This document shows positions 47,112 to 61,327 of a stretch of 64,000 bases of DNA, in pieces (the stretch's first letter is position 1; every line of letters starts with the position of its first letter). The DNA comes from an uncultured bacterium (GTDB lineage: Bacteria; Krumholzibacteriota; Krumholzibacteriia; LZORAL124-64-63), in NCBI GenBank assembly GCA_963732385.1, contig CAVSZB010000001.1, positions 1-64,000 on the forward strand. Direction: 5' to 3'. Under the pieces are notes generated by a model. That model searched no databases and was not told the DNA's origin. It saw only the letters and a program-made list of their open reading frames with translations. Position numbers and translations under genes: made by a program.

Positions 47112-49208
47112 CTACTTCGTCAACGCGATCTTCGCGAACTCCAGCAGCCCGGCGCCCGTGGCGCGCACCAGGTAGACGCTGCTCGCCACGCTCCGGCCGT
47201 CGTCGCCGCGGCCGTCCCAGGTTACGCGCTGCGGGCCGGCCTCGCGGCGGCCGCTGAGCAGCGTGCGCACGTGCTGGCCGCGCAGGTCGAAGATCTCCAC
47301 GGCGATCTCCCCGGCCGACGGCAGGGTGAAGGCGATCGTGGTGGCCGGATTGAACGGGTTGGGCGCGACGCGCAGGCCAAGGCCGGGGGCCGCCGGCGTT
47401 TCGTCGTCGACAGGGGTCAGGTCGTCCGCCAGCAGCCACATCGTCGCATTCAGGAAGAACTCGCGGTTGTTGCTGCCGGCCTCGGTCCAGTTGTTGACGT
47501 GCGGATCGCTGTCGGTGCCGTCGGCCGTGCTGGAGGAGTCGCCGTAGCCCATCACCTTGCCCGCGCCGTAGCGCGACCAGGCGGCGATGTTCACGTCGGG
47601 ATTGCCGGTGTCGCCGTCCTTCCAGATGTGGCCGCCCACGCCGGTCAGGTACGGGTTTGCGGTCGGCCAGAGCGACATCACGTTGCCCACGTGGTAGATC
47701 GTGGCGCTGACGTGCCCGTATTCGCCGTTGATGACCGGGTTGGCAGGGTTCGTGTCGACGTTGGAGAAGGTCCCAGTGATGGCGTTGTTCCCCTCGTCCT
47801 TCACGTGGAAGTGCAGGCCGAACAGCGCGCCGCAGAAGGTCTCCACGTCGGCGCCAACCGGCACCGAGATGTGCGGGATAGAGTAGCCGCCGAAGATGCT
47901 CGGCGAATCCCAGCCGTCGCTGTCACGGTCGCTGCCATTGTGGTTGGCCACGACGAAAAGCGAGCCGCCGTTGTACACGAAGGTCCCCACCGCGGCGATC
48001 TCCGCCGCCGTGAACGGGTTCTGCGGCTCCACGATCACCAGCAGGTCGACCCCCGCCAGCACCGACGCGTCGAGCGGCGCGTTGCTGCTCTTGAGCGTGT
48101 GGCCCCGCAGGTAGAGCTCGTAGCCCCAGCTCGACAGCTGCCCGCTCCAGTCGGCCTCGCTCGTCGGGTTGGCCGGAAGTGGCAGCGGCGCGTTGTCGTC
48201 GATGCGCCAGTTTCCCTCGGTGCCGGCGTCCTGGCCGTGCGCGTGGTCGAACAGGACGACCTTTGCCGGTCCGGTCGTTCCCTGCACCCAGACGCTGTAC
48301 ACGCTCGTGGGGGCGTTGGCCGGGTCGCGCGTCTGCGCCGCCTCGTCGTCTTCGGCCAGGAGGTAGAACTCCAGCGTCGCGTTGCCGGTGAGCGGGTAGA
48401 CGACGCCGCGCCAGCCGCTGCCGCCGGTGGCGGTCATGGCCTGCGCGGTGTACGTGCCGGCGCCGAAGCGCCAGTACATCTGCACCGAGGCCACCGTGCC
48501 GTCGCTGTCGGTGACACTGGTCGTCACGACGACGCTGTCGGTGAGCGTCGGCGCGGCCGGCGTGAAGGCAGTGCCGCTGATGACCGGCGCCAGGTTCGTC
48601 GTCCCGCCGCCGGCGACGTCGTAGTACAGCTCGACGAACTCATAGTAGTAGGCGTTGGTGCCGACCGTGGAGTCGTTCACCTCGCTGATGACGACGCCGC
48701 TGGCGGTGCCGTCGGCCGCCTCGACGCCGGAGCCGGGCGTGGGGGCGCTGTCGATCGACGTCCAGGGCGCCGCCTCGGGATCGTCGCGGTGGAACGCCAG
48801 CGCCGGCGTGGTCGCTGGCAGCGCCGGGGTCGGACCGTCCTCGCTGACGCTTGCCGCGTTGACCAGCTCGAAGGTCTCCGCGCCGTTGATCTGCGGCACG
48901 CCGGTCGCCGAGGCGGCGTGCGTCCGGTAGGTGACGTTCGATCCGAGCGTCACGCCGTAGTAGGCCTCGAACTGCCCCTGCGTGGCGTAGCGCGCCAGGA
49001 TCAGGTAGCCGCCCGGCTGGATCAGGGTGCCGGCCGGGAAGGTCTCGGTCTGGGTCGAGTTCAGCTGTCGCAGCTGCCAGCCGCCGATGTCGATGGCGGT
49101 CTGGGCGGAGAGCGGCAGGCCGGCGGTCAGAACGGCGAGGGCGGCGCAGGCAGCCACGGAGGCAGCGCGGGCGCGCACCGACAGGCAGGCGGAAACGCAG
49201 TGCTTCAT
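47112..49208 (-). CDS. Secreted multidomain protein: lamin-tail-like, Ig-like, GATase-like (DUF4350-type) and FlgD-Ig C-terminal domains
   Basis: DIGGWQL..FPAGT.I.PGGYL; VLFDHAHGQ; APNPFNP..WDGRGDDGRSVAS. Confidence 0.75.
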   Translation of the reverse strand: MKHCVSACLSVRARAASVAACAALAVLTAGLPLSAQTAIDIGGWQLRQLNSTQTETFPAGTLIQPGGYLILARYATQGQFEAYYGVTLGSNVTYRTHAASATGVPQINGAETFELVNAASVSEDGPTPALPATTPALAFHRDDPEAAPWTSIDSAPTPGSGVEAADGTASGVVISEVNDSTVGTNAYYYEFVELYYDVAGGGTTNLAPVISGTAFTPAAPTLTDSVVVTTSVTDSDGTVASVQMYWRFGAGTYTAQAMTATGGSGWRGVVYPLTGNATLEFYLLAEDDEAAQTRDPANAPTSVYSVWVQGTTGPAKVVLFDHAHGQDAGTEGNWRIDDNAPLPLPANPTSEADWSGQLSSWGYELYLRGHTLKSSNAPLDASVLAGVDLLVIVEPQNPFTAAEIAAVGTFVYNGGSLFVVANHNGSDRDSDGWDSPSIFGGYSIPHISVPVGADVETFCGALFGLHFHVKDEGNNAITGTFSNVDTNPANPVINGEYGHVSATIYHVGNVMSLWPTANPYLTGVGGHIWKDGDTGNPDVNIAAWSRYGAGKVMGYGDSSSTADGTDSDPHVNNWTEAGSNNREFFLNATMWLLADDLTPVDDETPAAPGLGLRVAPNPFNPATTIAFTLPSAGEIAVEIFDLRGQHVRTLLSGRREAGPQRVTWDGRGDDGRSVASSVYLVRATGAGLLEFAKIALTK

Positions 49209-49301
49209 GAGGGGGCGTCCTTCATGGAAGAGGGTGTCGCGCGGGGGGTGTCAACTTGACCAATGATAACACGGGCGGGGAAGTTTTTCCCGAATCCCGG
49301 C

Positions 49302-50669
49302 TCAGGCGCGGGACAGGTAGGCCAGGGCCTCCACGTGCGCGGTCTGCGGGAACATGTCGAACAGCCGCAGACGGCGCAGGGCGTAGCCGCCCTTCGCCAG
49401 CGCCGCGACATCGCGCGCCAGGGTTGCCGGATCGCAGCTCAAATAGAGTACTTCGCGCGGGGCAAGCCGCTCGATCGCCGCGGTGACCGCCTCGCCGATG
49501 CCGGCGCGCGGCGGATCGACGAAAACGCACGCCCCGGCCCAGTCTTTGCGTGAGGGGTTCGCGGCCGTGGTCTGGGCCGCGGCTGTGGCAGAGTCCTCGT
49601 CTGCGCCCTCGGCCGCGCCGGCCCAGCCGGAAAGGGCCGTGGCTGCCGCGGCCTCGTGCACTTCCAGGGTCGCCTCCAGCCCTTTCGCGTGGACGGCGTT
49701 GATGCGCGCGTCGCGCACGGCGCCCCCTTCGGCCTCCACCATGAGCACGTGGTCGAAGCGATCGGCCAGGGCGAGCCCGAACAGTCCGACGCCGCAGAAG
49801 ACGTCAGCCAGCAGCCCGCCCGCCGGGCGCGCCTCGTGCAGCCAGGCCCGGGCTGTAGCGACGACCGCTTCGGTCTCGGCGGGGTTGCTCTGGAAAAAGC
49901 TGTTGGCGCCGACCCGGTAGGTCTGGCCCGCCAGGCGCACCAGCAGGTAATCGCGCCCCCACGCCGGCAGGTTGTTGAACAGGATTCCGGCGCAGCCCGG
50001 CAGCGGCGCTTCGCCTTCCGGCAGCCGCTTGAGGATCGCGCGCAGCAGGCGCAGCCGGTTGGGCAGGCCGAACATCGACACCAGGAAGCCACCGGCACCG
50101 TCGAGCCGCACGAGGACGTGCTGCACGGGCGGTATCGTGCGCAGCCACGGCAGGATCGTCTCGTTGAAGAGCGCCGGCATCTGCGGGCAGGTGTCGATCG
50201 GCACGACCTCCTGGCTGCCGCGGCGCAGCAGGCCGTGGCGACCGGTGTGGTCGGTGGAGAGCCGGATGCGGTCGCGATAGCCCAGTTCCGGCCCTGTCGG
50301 CGCCGGAGTCTCGAGCAGCCCGGTCACGTCGATTTTTCCCTGGCGGCGGAAACAGTCGACCACGATCTCGGCCTTGGCGGCCCGCTGTGTGACGCCGTCG
50401 AGGTGCTGCAGGTCGCAGCCGCCACAGGCGCCGAAATGCGGACAGGCCGGCGCCGCGACCCGGCCGGGAGCGGGAGTGAGCACCTCGACGAGCTCCGCCT
50501 CGATGAAGCCGCGCTTGCGCCGCGTGATCCTGGCCCGCACGTGGTCGCCGGGGGCGGTCAGCGGGATGAACGCGGCCATCCCTGCGCAGCGGCCGAGACC
50601 GGCGCCGCCGGTGATCAGCTTCTCGATGGTCGTTTCAAAGAGGTCGGGAACGGGCAATTGTTCAGGCAT
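49302..50669 (-). CDS. rlmD: TRAM-domain RNA (uracil-C5) methyltransferase, RlmD/TrmA family
   Basis: CPHFGACGGC, SFFQSN, VDPPRAG, YLSCDPATLARD and DMFPQTAHVE motifs. Confidence 0.92.
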   Translation of the reverse strand: MPEQLPVPDLFETTIEKLITGGAGLGRCAGMAAFIPLTAPGDHVRARITRRKRGFIEAELVEVLTPAPGRVAAPACPHFGACGGCDLQHLDGVTQRAAKAEIVVDCFRRQGKIDVTGLLETPAPTGPELGYRDRIRLSTDHTGRHGLLRRGSQEVVPIDTCPQMPALFNETILPWLRTIPPVQHVLVRLDGAGGFLVSMFGLPNRLRLLRAILKRLPEGEAPLPGCAGILFNNLPAWGRDYLLVRLAGQTYRVGANSFFQSNPAETEAVVATARAWLHEARPAGGLLADVFCGVGLFGLALADRFDHVLMVEAEGGAVRDARINAVHAKGLEATLEVHEAAAATALSGWAGAAEGADEDSATAAAQTTAANPSRKDWAGACVFVDPPRAGIGEAVTAAIERLAPREVLYLSCDPATLARDVAALAKGGYALRRLRLFDMFPQTAHVEALAYLSRA

Positions 50670-50890
50670 GATGCCGGCAAGGTAGCACGCTGGGAGGCGT
50701 GGGGCCAGAGTGAGGAGCGGTGGTCGGGGGACGGAGCCCTATCTGTACGGAGGATGCTACGGGAGCAAAAAGTGCGCGGGCCGTTCCGGCGGGCCTCCAG
50801 GAATCCGGTTATCCGCGCCGCGCTTGTATCGATTGCATGGAGCGGCCTATTCTCAAATACGTCCGCCCTGTCGCCCGGGAAGGGGAGCCC

Positions 50891-51469
50891 GTGCCCGGAA
50901 TATTCGCAGCCGCCCTGGCGCGGGTTGTCGCCTTCACCCGGGCCGCCCTGGCCCTGCTGGCCCTGCTGGCGCTGGCGGCCGTACTGGCCCAGGGCTGCGC
51001 ACCCAAACGGGTATTCGGACCGGTTTCGACCGAAATCGGAAGCGTACCCGGTGCCGATCCGCGGGCGGCCGGACTCGGGCATGCTTCCGGCGACGAGGCG
51101 GCGCGAGGCGAGGCCGTGGCCCGGGAGGCGAGGGCGCTCGTCGGAGTTGCCTACCGGGTTGGCGGCGACACCCCCGAGGGTGGGTTCGACTGCAGCGGAT
51201 TCGTTCGTCACGTCTGCCTCGGGCAGGGGGTGCGACTGCCTCGCCAGACCCGCGACCAGGCCGGCGCCGGGCGGCCGGTTGCGCCGGGCGGGCTCTCTCC
51301 GGGCGACCTCGTTTTCTTCAGTGTGCGCGGACAGGGGGTTTCTCACGTCGGCATCTGGATTGGCGACGGATGTTTCGTGCATGCCCCGAAGGAGGGCCAG
51401 TCCGTGCGGGTGGAGCGGCTCGACGATCCCTATTGGTCGACGCGGTTCGCGGGCGGGCGCCGACCGTAA
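50891..51469 (+). CDS. NlpC/P60 (C40) lipoprotein peptidase
   Basis: GFDCSGFV, PGDLVFF and SHVGIWIG..FVHAP motifs. Confidence 0.92.
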   Translation: MPGIFAAALARVVAFTRAALALLALLALAAVLAQGCAPKRVFGPVSTEIGSVPGADPRAAGLGHASGDEAARGEAVAREARALVGVAYRVGGDTPEGGFDCSGFVRHVCLGQGVRLPRQTRDQAGAGRPVAPGGLSPGDLVFFSVRGQGVSHVGIWIGDGCFVHAPKEGQSVRVERLDDPYWSTRFAGGRRP

Positions 51470-51845
51470 GGGACGTCAGGACGAGCGCGGGACAGCCACC
51501 AGAACACACGGACATAGTTTATTATTCATATCATAATGCTTTATAATAAAGCCAAAAACATAAATAAATTGTTTATTTACGGGGCAATAAGGAAAAGGGC
51601 GCTGCCGGCCGCGGTTCCGGCGGTTTTCGCGCCGGAATCCCAAGGAAAAATCCCGCGACCGCAGCGCTGTGGCGCGGGTCGCGGGATTCTTCGGAAGATC
51701 GGCGGCGACGTGTCGCAAGGCTGTGCGAGCCGACTGTGTCGGCGCCGCCGCCGGATGACCGGGCGGCACGATCGCAGGCCGACAGGCGCTTGTCAAGTCT
51801 GGCGCCCGCCGCGACCTGGCGGCGGGCGTACCGGTGCCTGGGGCG

Positions 51846-52274
51846 TCAGGCCGCCGGCAGGGCCGGTATCGGTGAGGCGCAGTGGGCGCACTTGCGCGCC
51901 TTGATCGGGATCGCCGAGAGGCACTCGGGGCAGTCCCGCGTCGTTGGCGCGGCGGCTGGCGCCGGCTTCGCCGCGAACTTGTTCACCTGCCGGATGAGCA
52001 GGAAAATTGCGAAGGCGACAATGAGAAAATCGACAATCGTGTTCATGAACAGGCCATAACGAATCGTCACCGGCGCGGCGTCGCCGACCGGCGTCCGGAG
52101 CGTCAGGGCGAGCTTCGAAAAGTCGACGTTGCCGGCTACGGCGCCGATCGGTGGCATGAGCACGTCGCTCACCAGCGACGAGATGATCTTGCCGAACGCG
52201 CCGCCGATGATGATGCCGACCGCCATGTCGAGCACATTGCCGCGCATGGCGAAGGCTTTGAACTCTTTCAGCAT
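51846..52274 (-). CDS. mscL: Large-conductance mechanosensitive channel with C-terminal CxxC-CxxC tail
   Basis: [24 protein letters not shown] motif. Confidence 0.96.
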   Translation of the reverse strand: MLKEFKAFAMRGNVLDMAVGIIIGGAFGKIISSLVSDVLMPPIGAVAGNVDFSKLALTLRTPVGDAAPVTIRYGLFMNTIVDFLIVAFAIFLLIRQVNKFAAKPAPAAAPTTRDCPECLSAIPIKARKCAHCASPIPALPAA

Positions 52275-52428
52275 GGCATCCTCCTTTTTCGGACTCTCAT
52301 GGAGATGACGTGGGCGGGGAAAGCCGATCAGCCCCCACCTTAGGCCACTCATATCGGCAAGGCAAGACGGGTTAAGGAATCGGGATGGACGGGTCCGGGA
52401 GCCGGAGCCCTGGGTCCGGCCGGGCGGC

Positions 52429-54948
<2,520 letters not shown>

Positions 54949-55169
54949 GCGATCATCCCTATGCTGGCGCAGTCCTGCCGCGGTCGGACCGGCACGCAGG
55001 ACCGCATGGAACTGGCTTCCGGTGATGATGATCGGCAGATTGGCGGGGAGTTTAGCGAAATAGTGCAGGCGCCGGTCCCGCCGGCGGTCCGGTTGCCCGA
55101 CCGCGCCGTGGGTGTTAGGCTTCAGGTTCCCGGCGCGCGTCCGACGCGCACGGTCCCGAGGAGGAAAGT

Positions 55170-55547
55170 GTGATGAAAAAGCAGGTCTGTCCGGTCCTGG
55201 CTGCGGCCCTGGTCGCCCTGACCCTCTGGGCCCCGGTCGTTCCGGCCCCGCGGGTCGTGCTGGCCGCCGCCGGCGAGGCGCTCGCGCCCGGCACGCCGCT
55301 GGAAATCGTCGCCGGGCAGGTCGACCTGCTCGCCATGCCGCCGGGCTACGTCCGCAGCGTGAAGGCGAAGACGCAGAACCGGATCGGAACGGCGCGCCGG
55401 GGCGCGCGCGTGGCGCTGGTGCAGGAAACAGATAACTTCTACCAGATCGCGCTCGAATGTCAGGACGGGAAGGTCCGGATCGAAGCGTGGATCGACAAGA
55501 TCGCCGCGCGGCCCGCGCTCGAGCGGGGGCCGGAACTGCCGCGATGA
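55170..55547 (+). CDS. Hypothetical secreted protein (SH3-like)
   Basis: GAGGA RBS; signal peptide; YQI...EAWI. Confidence 0.55.
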   Translation: MMKKQVCPVLAAALVALTLWAPVVPAPRVVLAAAGEALAPGTPLEIVAGQVDLLAMPPGYVRSVKAKTQNRIGTARRGARVALVQETDNFYQIALECQDGKVRIEAWIDKIAARPALERGPELPR

Positions 55548-55573
55548 CCCTCGTTCACAACTGAAAGGACCCC

Positions 55574-57253
<1,680 letters not shown>

Positions 57254-57428
57254 AGAATCGGGGCCGGTCCGGCGGGGGCAGGCAGCTGGGCGAAAGTTGT
57301 GCCCCGACGGTGGTCCGGCCCCGAAAACGACTCGATGGTCAGGCGGGGCACGCACACCATAAGTCCGCCCGGCGGTCCGTCAAGGGGCGCGCCGAACTTA
57401 ATCGGATTAATTTCGTCCTGACAAAAGA

Positions 57429-58628
57429 TCAAGCGCCGGGCTCTGTAATCACCATTTTTTCAATAGCTTCCAAAGCTTCCGCGATGGCGCCATCCATGTC
57501 CATCCGCTCGGACAGTGCCAGCACCTCGCGCGCGCGGCCCCGCAGGATGGGGTGCGGCGAGCGGAGGGAGCAGCAGTCACGGTACGGCTCGATCGAGGTT
57601 TCGAAGGTGCCGATCCGGCGCGCGAGGGCCGAGATTTCGACCTTGTCCGTGCCGATCAGCGGCCGGAAGACCGGCAGCCGCACATCGGGCCCGATGGCCC
57701 CGAGGTTGTAGAGTGTCTGGCTGGCGACCTGGCCGAGGCTGTCGCCCGTGACGAGCGCGTGGCAGTCGGTGCGCCGGGCGAGCTGTTCCGCCACCTTCAG
57801 CATGTAGCGACGGAACAGCACCATGTCGTGCGATTCGGCGATCACGCCGATCGCGCGCGACTCGTACGGGTAGGTCGGCGCGAGGTAGAGGTGCAGGTCG
57901 GTCGGCGTGTGCTCGCGCAGGATGGCGGCGAGGCGCAGAATCTTCGCGGCGTCGGCTTCCGCGGCGGTGCGGCCGGTGTAGAAGTGGATGAAGTCCGAGC
58001 GGCAGCCGCGCCGCATGAGCATCCAGGCCGCCACCGGCGAGTCGATCCCGCCCGACAGCAGCGTCATCACACGGCCGCCCGAGCTGGCCGGCAGGCCGCC
58101 GGGGCCGGGGAGGCGCTGCGTGAAGATCAGCGCCTCGTTGCGCAGCATCAGCACGTGCACGGTGAAGTCGGCGCCGTGCAGCCGCACCGGCAGCTGGATC
58201 GCCTCGCCCACCGCGTTGCCCACCAGGCGGTTGATCTCGGGCGAGACGAGGGGGAAGTTGCGGTCCGAGCGGCGGGTTTCCACGCGGAAGGTGCGGGCGT
58301 TGCCGACATCGCGCCGGGCGAGCGCCGCGGCGACCTCGCCCAGGCCGGCCAGGTCGTCGCCCAGGCTCGCCCGCGGTACCGCCGTGGCCACCGACAGCCA
58401 CTGCACGCCGAACACCCGCTGCAGCTTCGCGGCCACCGCGTCGGCGCGCGTGGCATCGTCCAGCCGCACCAGCAGCCGGCTCTCGATGTGGTTCACGTGG
58501 CTGACCGGCTCGCCCTTGAGCGCGACGAGGATGTTGTTGCGCAGCCGCCGCAGGAAGGCGTGCCGGTTGCGGCCCTTCAGGGCGATCTCCGCGTAGTGGA
58601 CGGCCAGCACGGGGGTGTCGAAGGTCAC
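57429..58628 (-). CDS. thiI: tRNA 4-thiouridine synthase (THUMP + PP-loop)
   Basis: EIALKGRNR, LLSGGIDSPVA, GDSLGQVASQT and DCC motifs. Confidence 0.93.
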   Translation of the reverse strand: MTFDTPVLAVHYAEIALKGRNRHAFLRRLRNNILVALKGEPVSHVNHIESRLLVRLDDATRADAVAAKLQRVFGVQWLSVATAVPRASLGDDLAGLGEVAAALARRDVGNARTFRVETRRSDRNFPLVSPEINRLVGNAVGEAIQLPVRLHGADFTVHVLMLRNEALIFTQRLPGPGGLPASSGGRVMTLLSGGIDSPVAAWMLMRRGCRSDFIHFYTGRTAAEADAAKILRLAAILREHTPTDLHLYLAPTYPYESRAIGVIAESHDMVLFRRYMLKVAEQLARRTDCHALVTGDSLGQVASQTLYNLGAIGPDVRLPVFRPLIGTDKVEISALARRIGTFETSIEPYRDCCSLRSPHPILRGRAREVLALSERMDMDGAIAEALEAIEKMVITEPGA

Positions 58629-58813
58629 GGCGTGCTCCAAGTTCGGGGTGGCGCAGCCCAATGACACCCTGCGCCGCGCGGATGTCAACTCGCGACGGAG
58701 CGGTCCGGGGCGATTCCCGCCGCGAATCGGGGCTGCAGGCGCGCATTGCATCTCCGCTGAGGGCGTGTATGCTCTGCCGCCACGCCACCTCATCCACAAC
58801 ATAGGACGCCGCC

Positions 58814-60112
58814 ATGACGCCCCTGAACGGTTTCGACTTCGCGACCGTCGATGATTTCAGCCTCCTGCCGGCGGAGGCGATCGATGCGCTCGCGCCTGCC
58901 GTAAACCAAATCGCCGGCGACCTTGAGCGGGGGCAGGGGCCCGGCGCCGCCTGGCTTGGCTGGCGCGATCCAGAGGCCGCCTGTCCGGCGGCGACCCGCC
59001 GGGCGATCGCCGCCGCTGCCGCCACAGCCCGCCAGAAGTGCGACGCCTACGTGGTGATCGGGATCGGCGGTTCCTACCTGGGGACCCGCGCAGTCCTGGC
59101 CTCCCTGCCCGACCGCACCTCGGGACCGGAGATCCTGTTCGCCGGCATCGACCTGAGCGGCGTCGGCCTCGCCCGGCTGCTGGCGGCGTTGCAGGGGCGG
59201 GACTTCCGCCTCTGCATGATCTCGAAGTCCGGCACCACGCTCGAGCCGGCGCTCGCCTTCCGTCTGCTGCGCACGGAGCTGGAGCGGCGCTACGATCGCG
59301 CGGAGGCGGTCCGGCGGATCACCGCCGTCACCGATGGGTCGCGCGGCGCCCTGCGCGCTTTGGCGCAGGCACAGGGATGGGAGACTTTCGTCGTCCCCGA
59401 CGACATCGGCGGTCGCTTCTCGGTGCTTACGCCGGTCGGCCTGCTGCCCCTGGCCGTGGCCGGACTCGACATCGACGCCCTCGTCGATGGCGCCTCTGCC
59501 ATGCGCGATGCCTGCCGGGTCCCGGCGCTGCGCGACAACCCGGCCCACCTCTACGCCGCCACCCGCCACGCCCTCCAGACGCGCGGCTTCCGCACCGAGA
59601 TCCTCAGCGCCTTCCACCCCGACCTGCACTGGCTGCAGGAGTGGTGGAAGCAGCTGTTCGGCGAGAGCGAGGGGAAGCAGGGACGCGGCCTCTTCCCGGC
59701 CGCCGCCATGATGACCGCCGACCTGCACAGCCTCGGCCAGTACCTCCAGGACGGCCCCCGCGACCTGTTCGAAACTTTCCTGTGCGTGCGCCGCACCGCC
59801 CCCGACCTGCGCGTGCCGGCGGCCGCCGCCGCCGCGGGGGAGGGCGACGGCCTCGGCTATCTGGAGGGCCGCCCGCTCGACGAGATCAACGCCCTGGCCT
59901 GGCAGGGGGTCCGCCGCGCTCACACCGCCGGCAAAGTGCCGTGCCTGTCGCTCACACTCGACGCCCTCGACGAACGCCGCGTGGGCGCCCTGATCCACTT
60001 CTTCGAGGAGGCGGTCGCCGTGAGCGGCCGATTGCTTGGCGTCAATCCGTTCGACCAGCCCGGCGTGGAAGCCTACAAGCAGGAGATGTTCAGGCTGCTC
60101 GGAAGGGCGTGA
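58814..60112 (+). CDS. pgi: Glucose-6-phosphate isomerase
   Basis: GIGGSYLG, SKSGTTLE, GGRFSV, QLFGESEGK and NPFDQPGVEAYK motifs. Confidence 0.96.
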   Translation: MTPLNGFDFATVDDFSLLPAEAIDALAPAVNQIAGDLERGQGPGAAWLGWRDPEAACPAATRRAIAAAAATARQKCDAYVVIGIGGSYLGTRAVLASLPDRTSGPEILFAGIDLSGVGLARLLAALQGRDFRLCMISKSGTTLEPALAFRLLRTELERRYDRAEAVRRITAVTDGSRGALRALAQAQGWETFVVPDDIGGRFSVLTPVGLLPLAVAGLDIDALVDGASAMRDACRVPALRDNPAHLYAATRHALQTRGFRTEILSAFHPDLHWLQEWWKQLFGESEGKQGRGLFPAAAMMTADLHSLGQYLQDGPRDLFETFLCVRRTAPDLRVPAAAAAAGEGDGLGYLEGRPLDEINALAWQGVRRAHTAGKVPCLSLTLDALDERRVGALIHFFEEAVAVSGRLLGVNPFDQPGVEAYKQEMFRLLGRA

Positions 60113-60152
60113 GCGGAGGGCGCGCGATGTCGGTTACGAACGGAGAGTCTTC

Positions 60153-60509
60153 ATGGACCGCAAATCCCTGAGCCGCGAATACAAGGAGGCCGCCCGTCCG
60201 ATGGGCGTCTTCCGCGTGCACAACACCGTCAACGGCAGGTCGTTTGTCGGGACGAGCGTGGATCTGCCGTCGATGTTGAACCGGCAGCGGGCGCAGCTCG
60301 GTTTCGGGGGGCATCCCAATCGCGAACTGCAGCGGGAGTGGCGGGAGATGGGGGCGCAGGCCTTTGCGTTCGAGGTCCTCGACACTCTGAAGCCGCGAGA
60401 GGAGCCAGGCTACGATCCGGACGCCGATCTGCGGGCGCTTGAGGCGCTCTGGCTCGAGAAGCTGTCGCCCTACGGGGAGCTGGGGTACAACGTGCGGCCC
60501 CATGAGTAG
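60153..60509 (+). CDS. Small GIY-YIG-like domain protein
   Basis: MGVFRVHNTVNGRSFVG, HPNRELQREW and GYN motifs. Confidence 0.8.
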   Translation: MDRKSLSREYKEAARPMGVFRVHNTVNGRSFVGTSVDLPSMLNRQRAQLGFGGHPNRELQREWREMGAQAFAFEVLDTLKPREEPGYDPDADLRALEALWLEKLSPYGELGYNVRPHE

Positions 60510-60757
60510 CTGAAAGCGTTGCGGCACAACACGATCGTGGCACGCTCCGATCTCCCTGCGAGACGGCGGGATATTCTGCACCTACGGGATTTCCGGAATA
60601 TTCGAACCTTCCCATTCAAGCACGACTGAATTCCTGTCGAATTACTGGGTGAAATGTGCAGCCGCACGGCTGCGGTGTCGGCCCTATGCGGACGCAGATT
60701 CGGGGATCGCGATGACCTTTGCCCGCTCCGGATCTGCCCCCTTCCCAAAGGAATGAA

Positions 60758-61327
60758 ATGGTAGGACTCATCTGCAAAGTCCTCATCGACTTCGTCAGGG
60801 CCACAGGTGGCGACGCTGCGGTGAACAAGGTCAAGCTGCAGGCTCAGGTTCCGCCGGCCCAGGAATACAAGCTCAACGGCGTGTATGATGACGCCGAATG
60901 GCGTCGTCTGGTCGGCGCCGCCTGCGCGGTCCTGGGAATCACCGCGGATCAGGCCGAGGCGGACTTCGCGGATTTCTTCTTCAAGGACTCCCTCGGCCGG
61001 TGGCCCATGTGGTTCAAGATGTCCAGGAACTCACGGGAATTCCTCCTGCGTCAGCCGGCCATCCATAACAGTCTGGCGGCCGGCGTAAGCGAGGAGGCCC
61101 AGCGTACCGCCATCGCCGACAAGTTCCGCATCGAGGCGACCGACGATGGCCTCGTGACCCACTACCGTTCGGCCAACGGTCACTGCGGCCTGTACAGGGC
61201 CCTGGCCCGCTGCATCATCAACCATTACGGCGATGAGGCGACCGTCGAGGAGCCCCGGTGCGCGCTACGGGGCGACGACGAATGCGAGATCCATGTCCAC
61301 TGGACGAAGGGCGGAGTGAAGCCGTGA
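60758..61327 (+). CDS. Heme-NO-binding (H-NOX/HNOB)-like protein with Cys-rich C-terminus
   Basis: M.G.I start; YDDAE; FL....IH; YRS; HYG; C..RGDDEC. Confidence 0.8.
   Translation: MVGLICKVLIDFVRATGGDAAVNKVKLQAQVPPAQEYKLNGVYDDAEWRRLVGAACAVLGITADQAEADFADFFFKDSLGRWPMWFKMSRNSREFLLRQPAIHNSLAAGVSEEAQRTAIADKFRIEATDDGLVTHYRSANGHCGLYRALARCIINHYGDEATVEEPRCALRGDDECEIHVHWTKGGVKP

Noticed and set aside
51510..51580. dif site or oriC
   Set aside because: CATAA/TTAT half-sites lack the 6-bp spacing of dif, and no DnaA boxes are visible.
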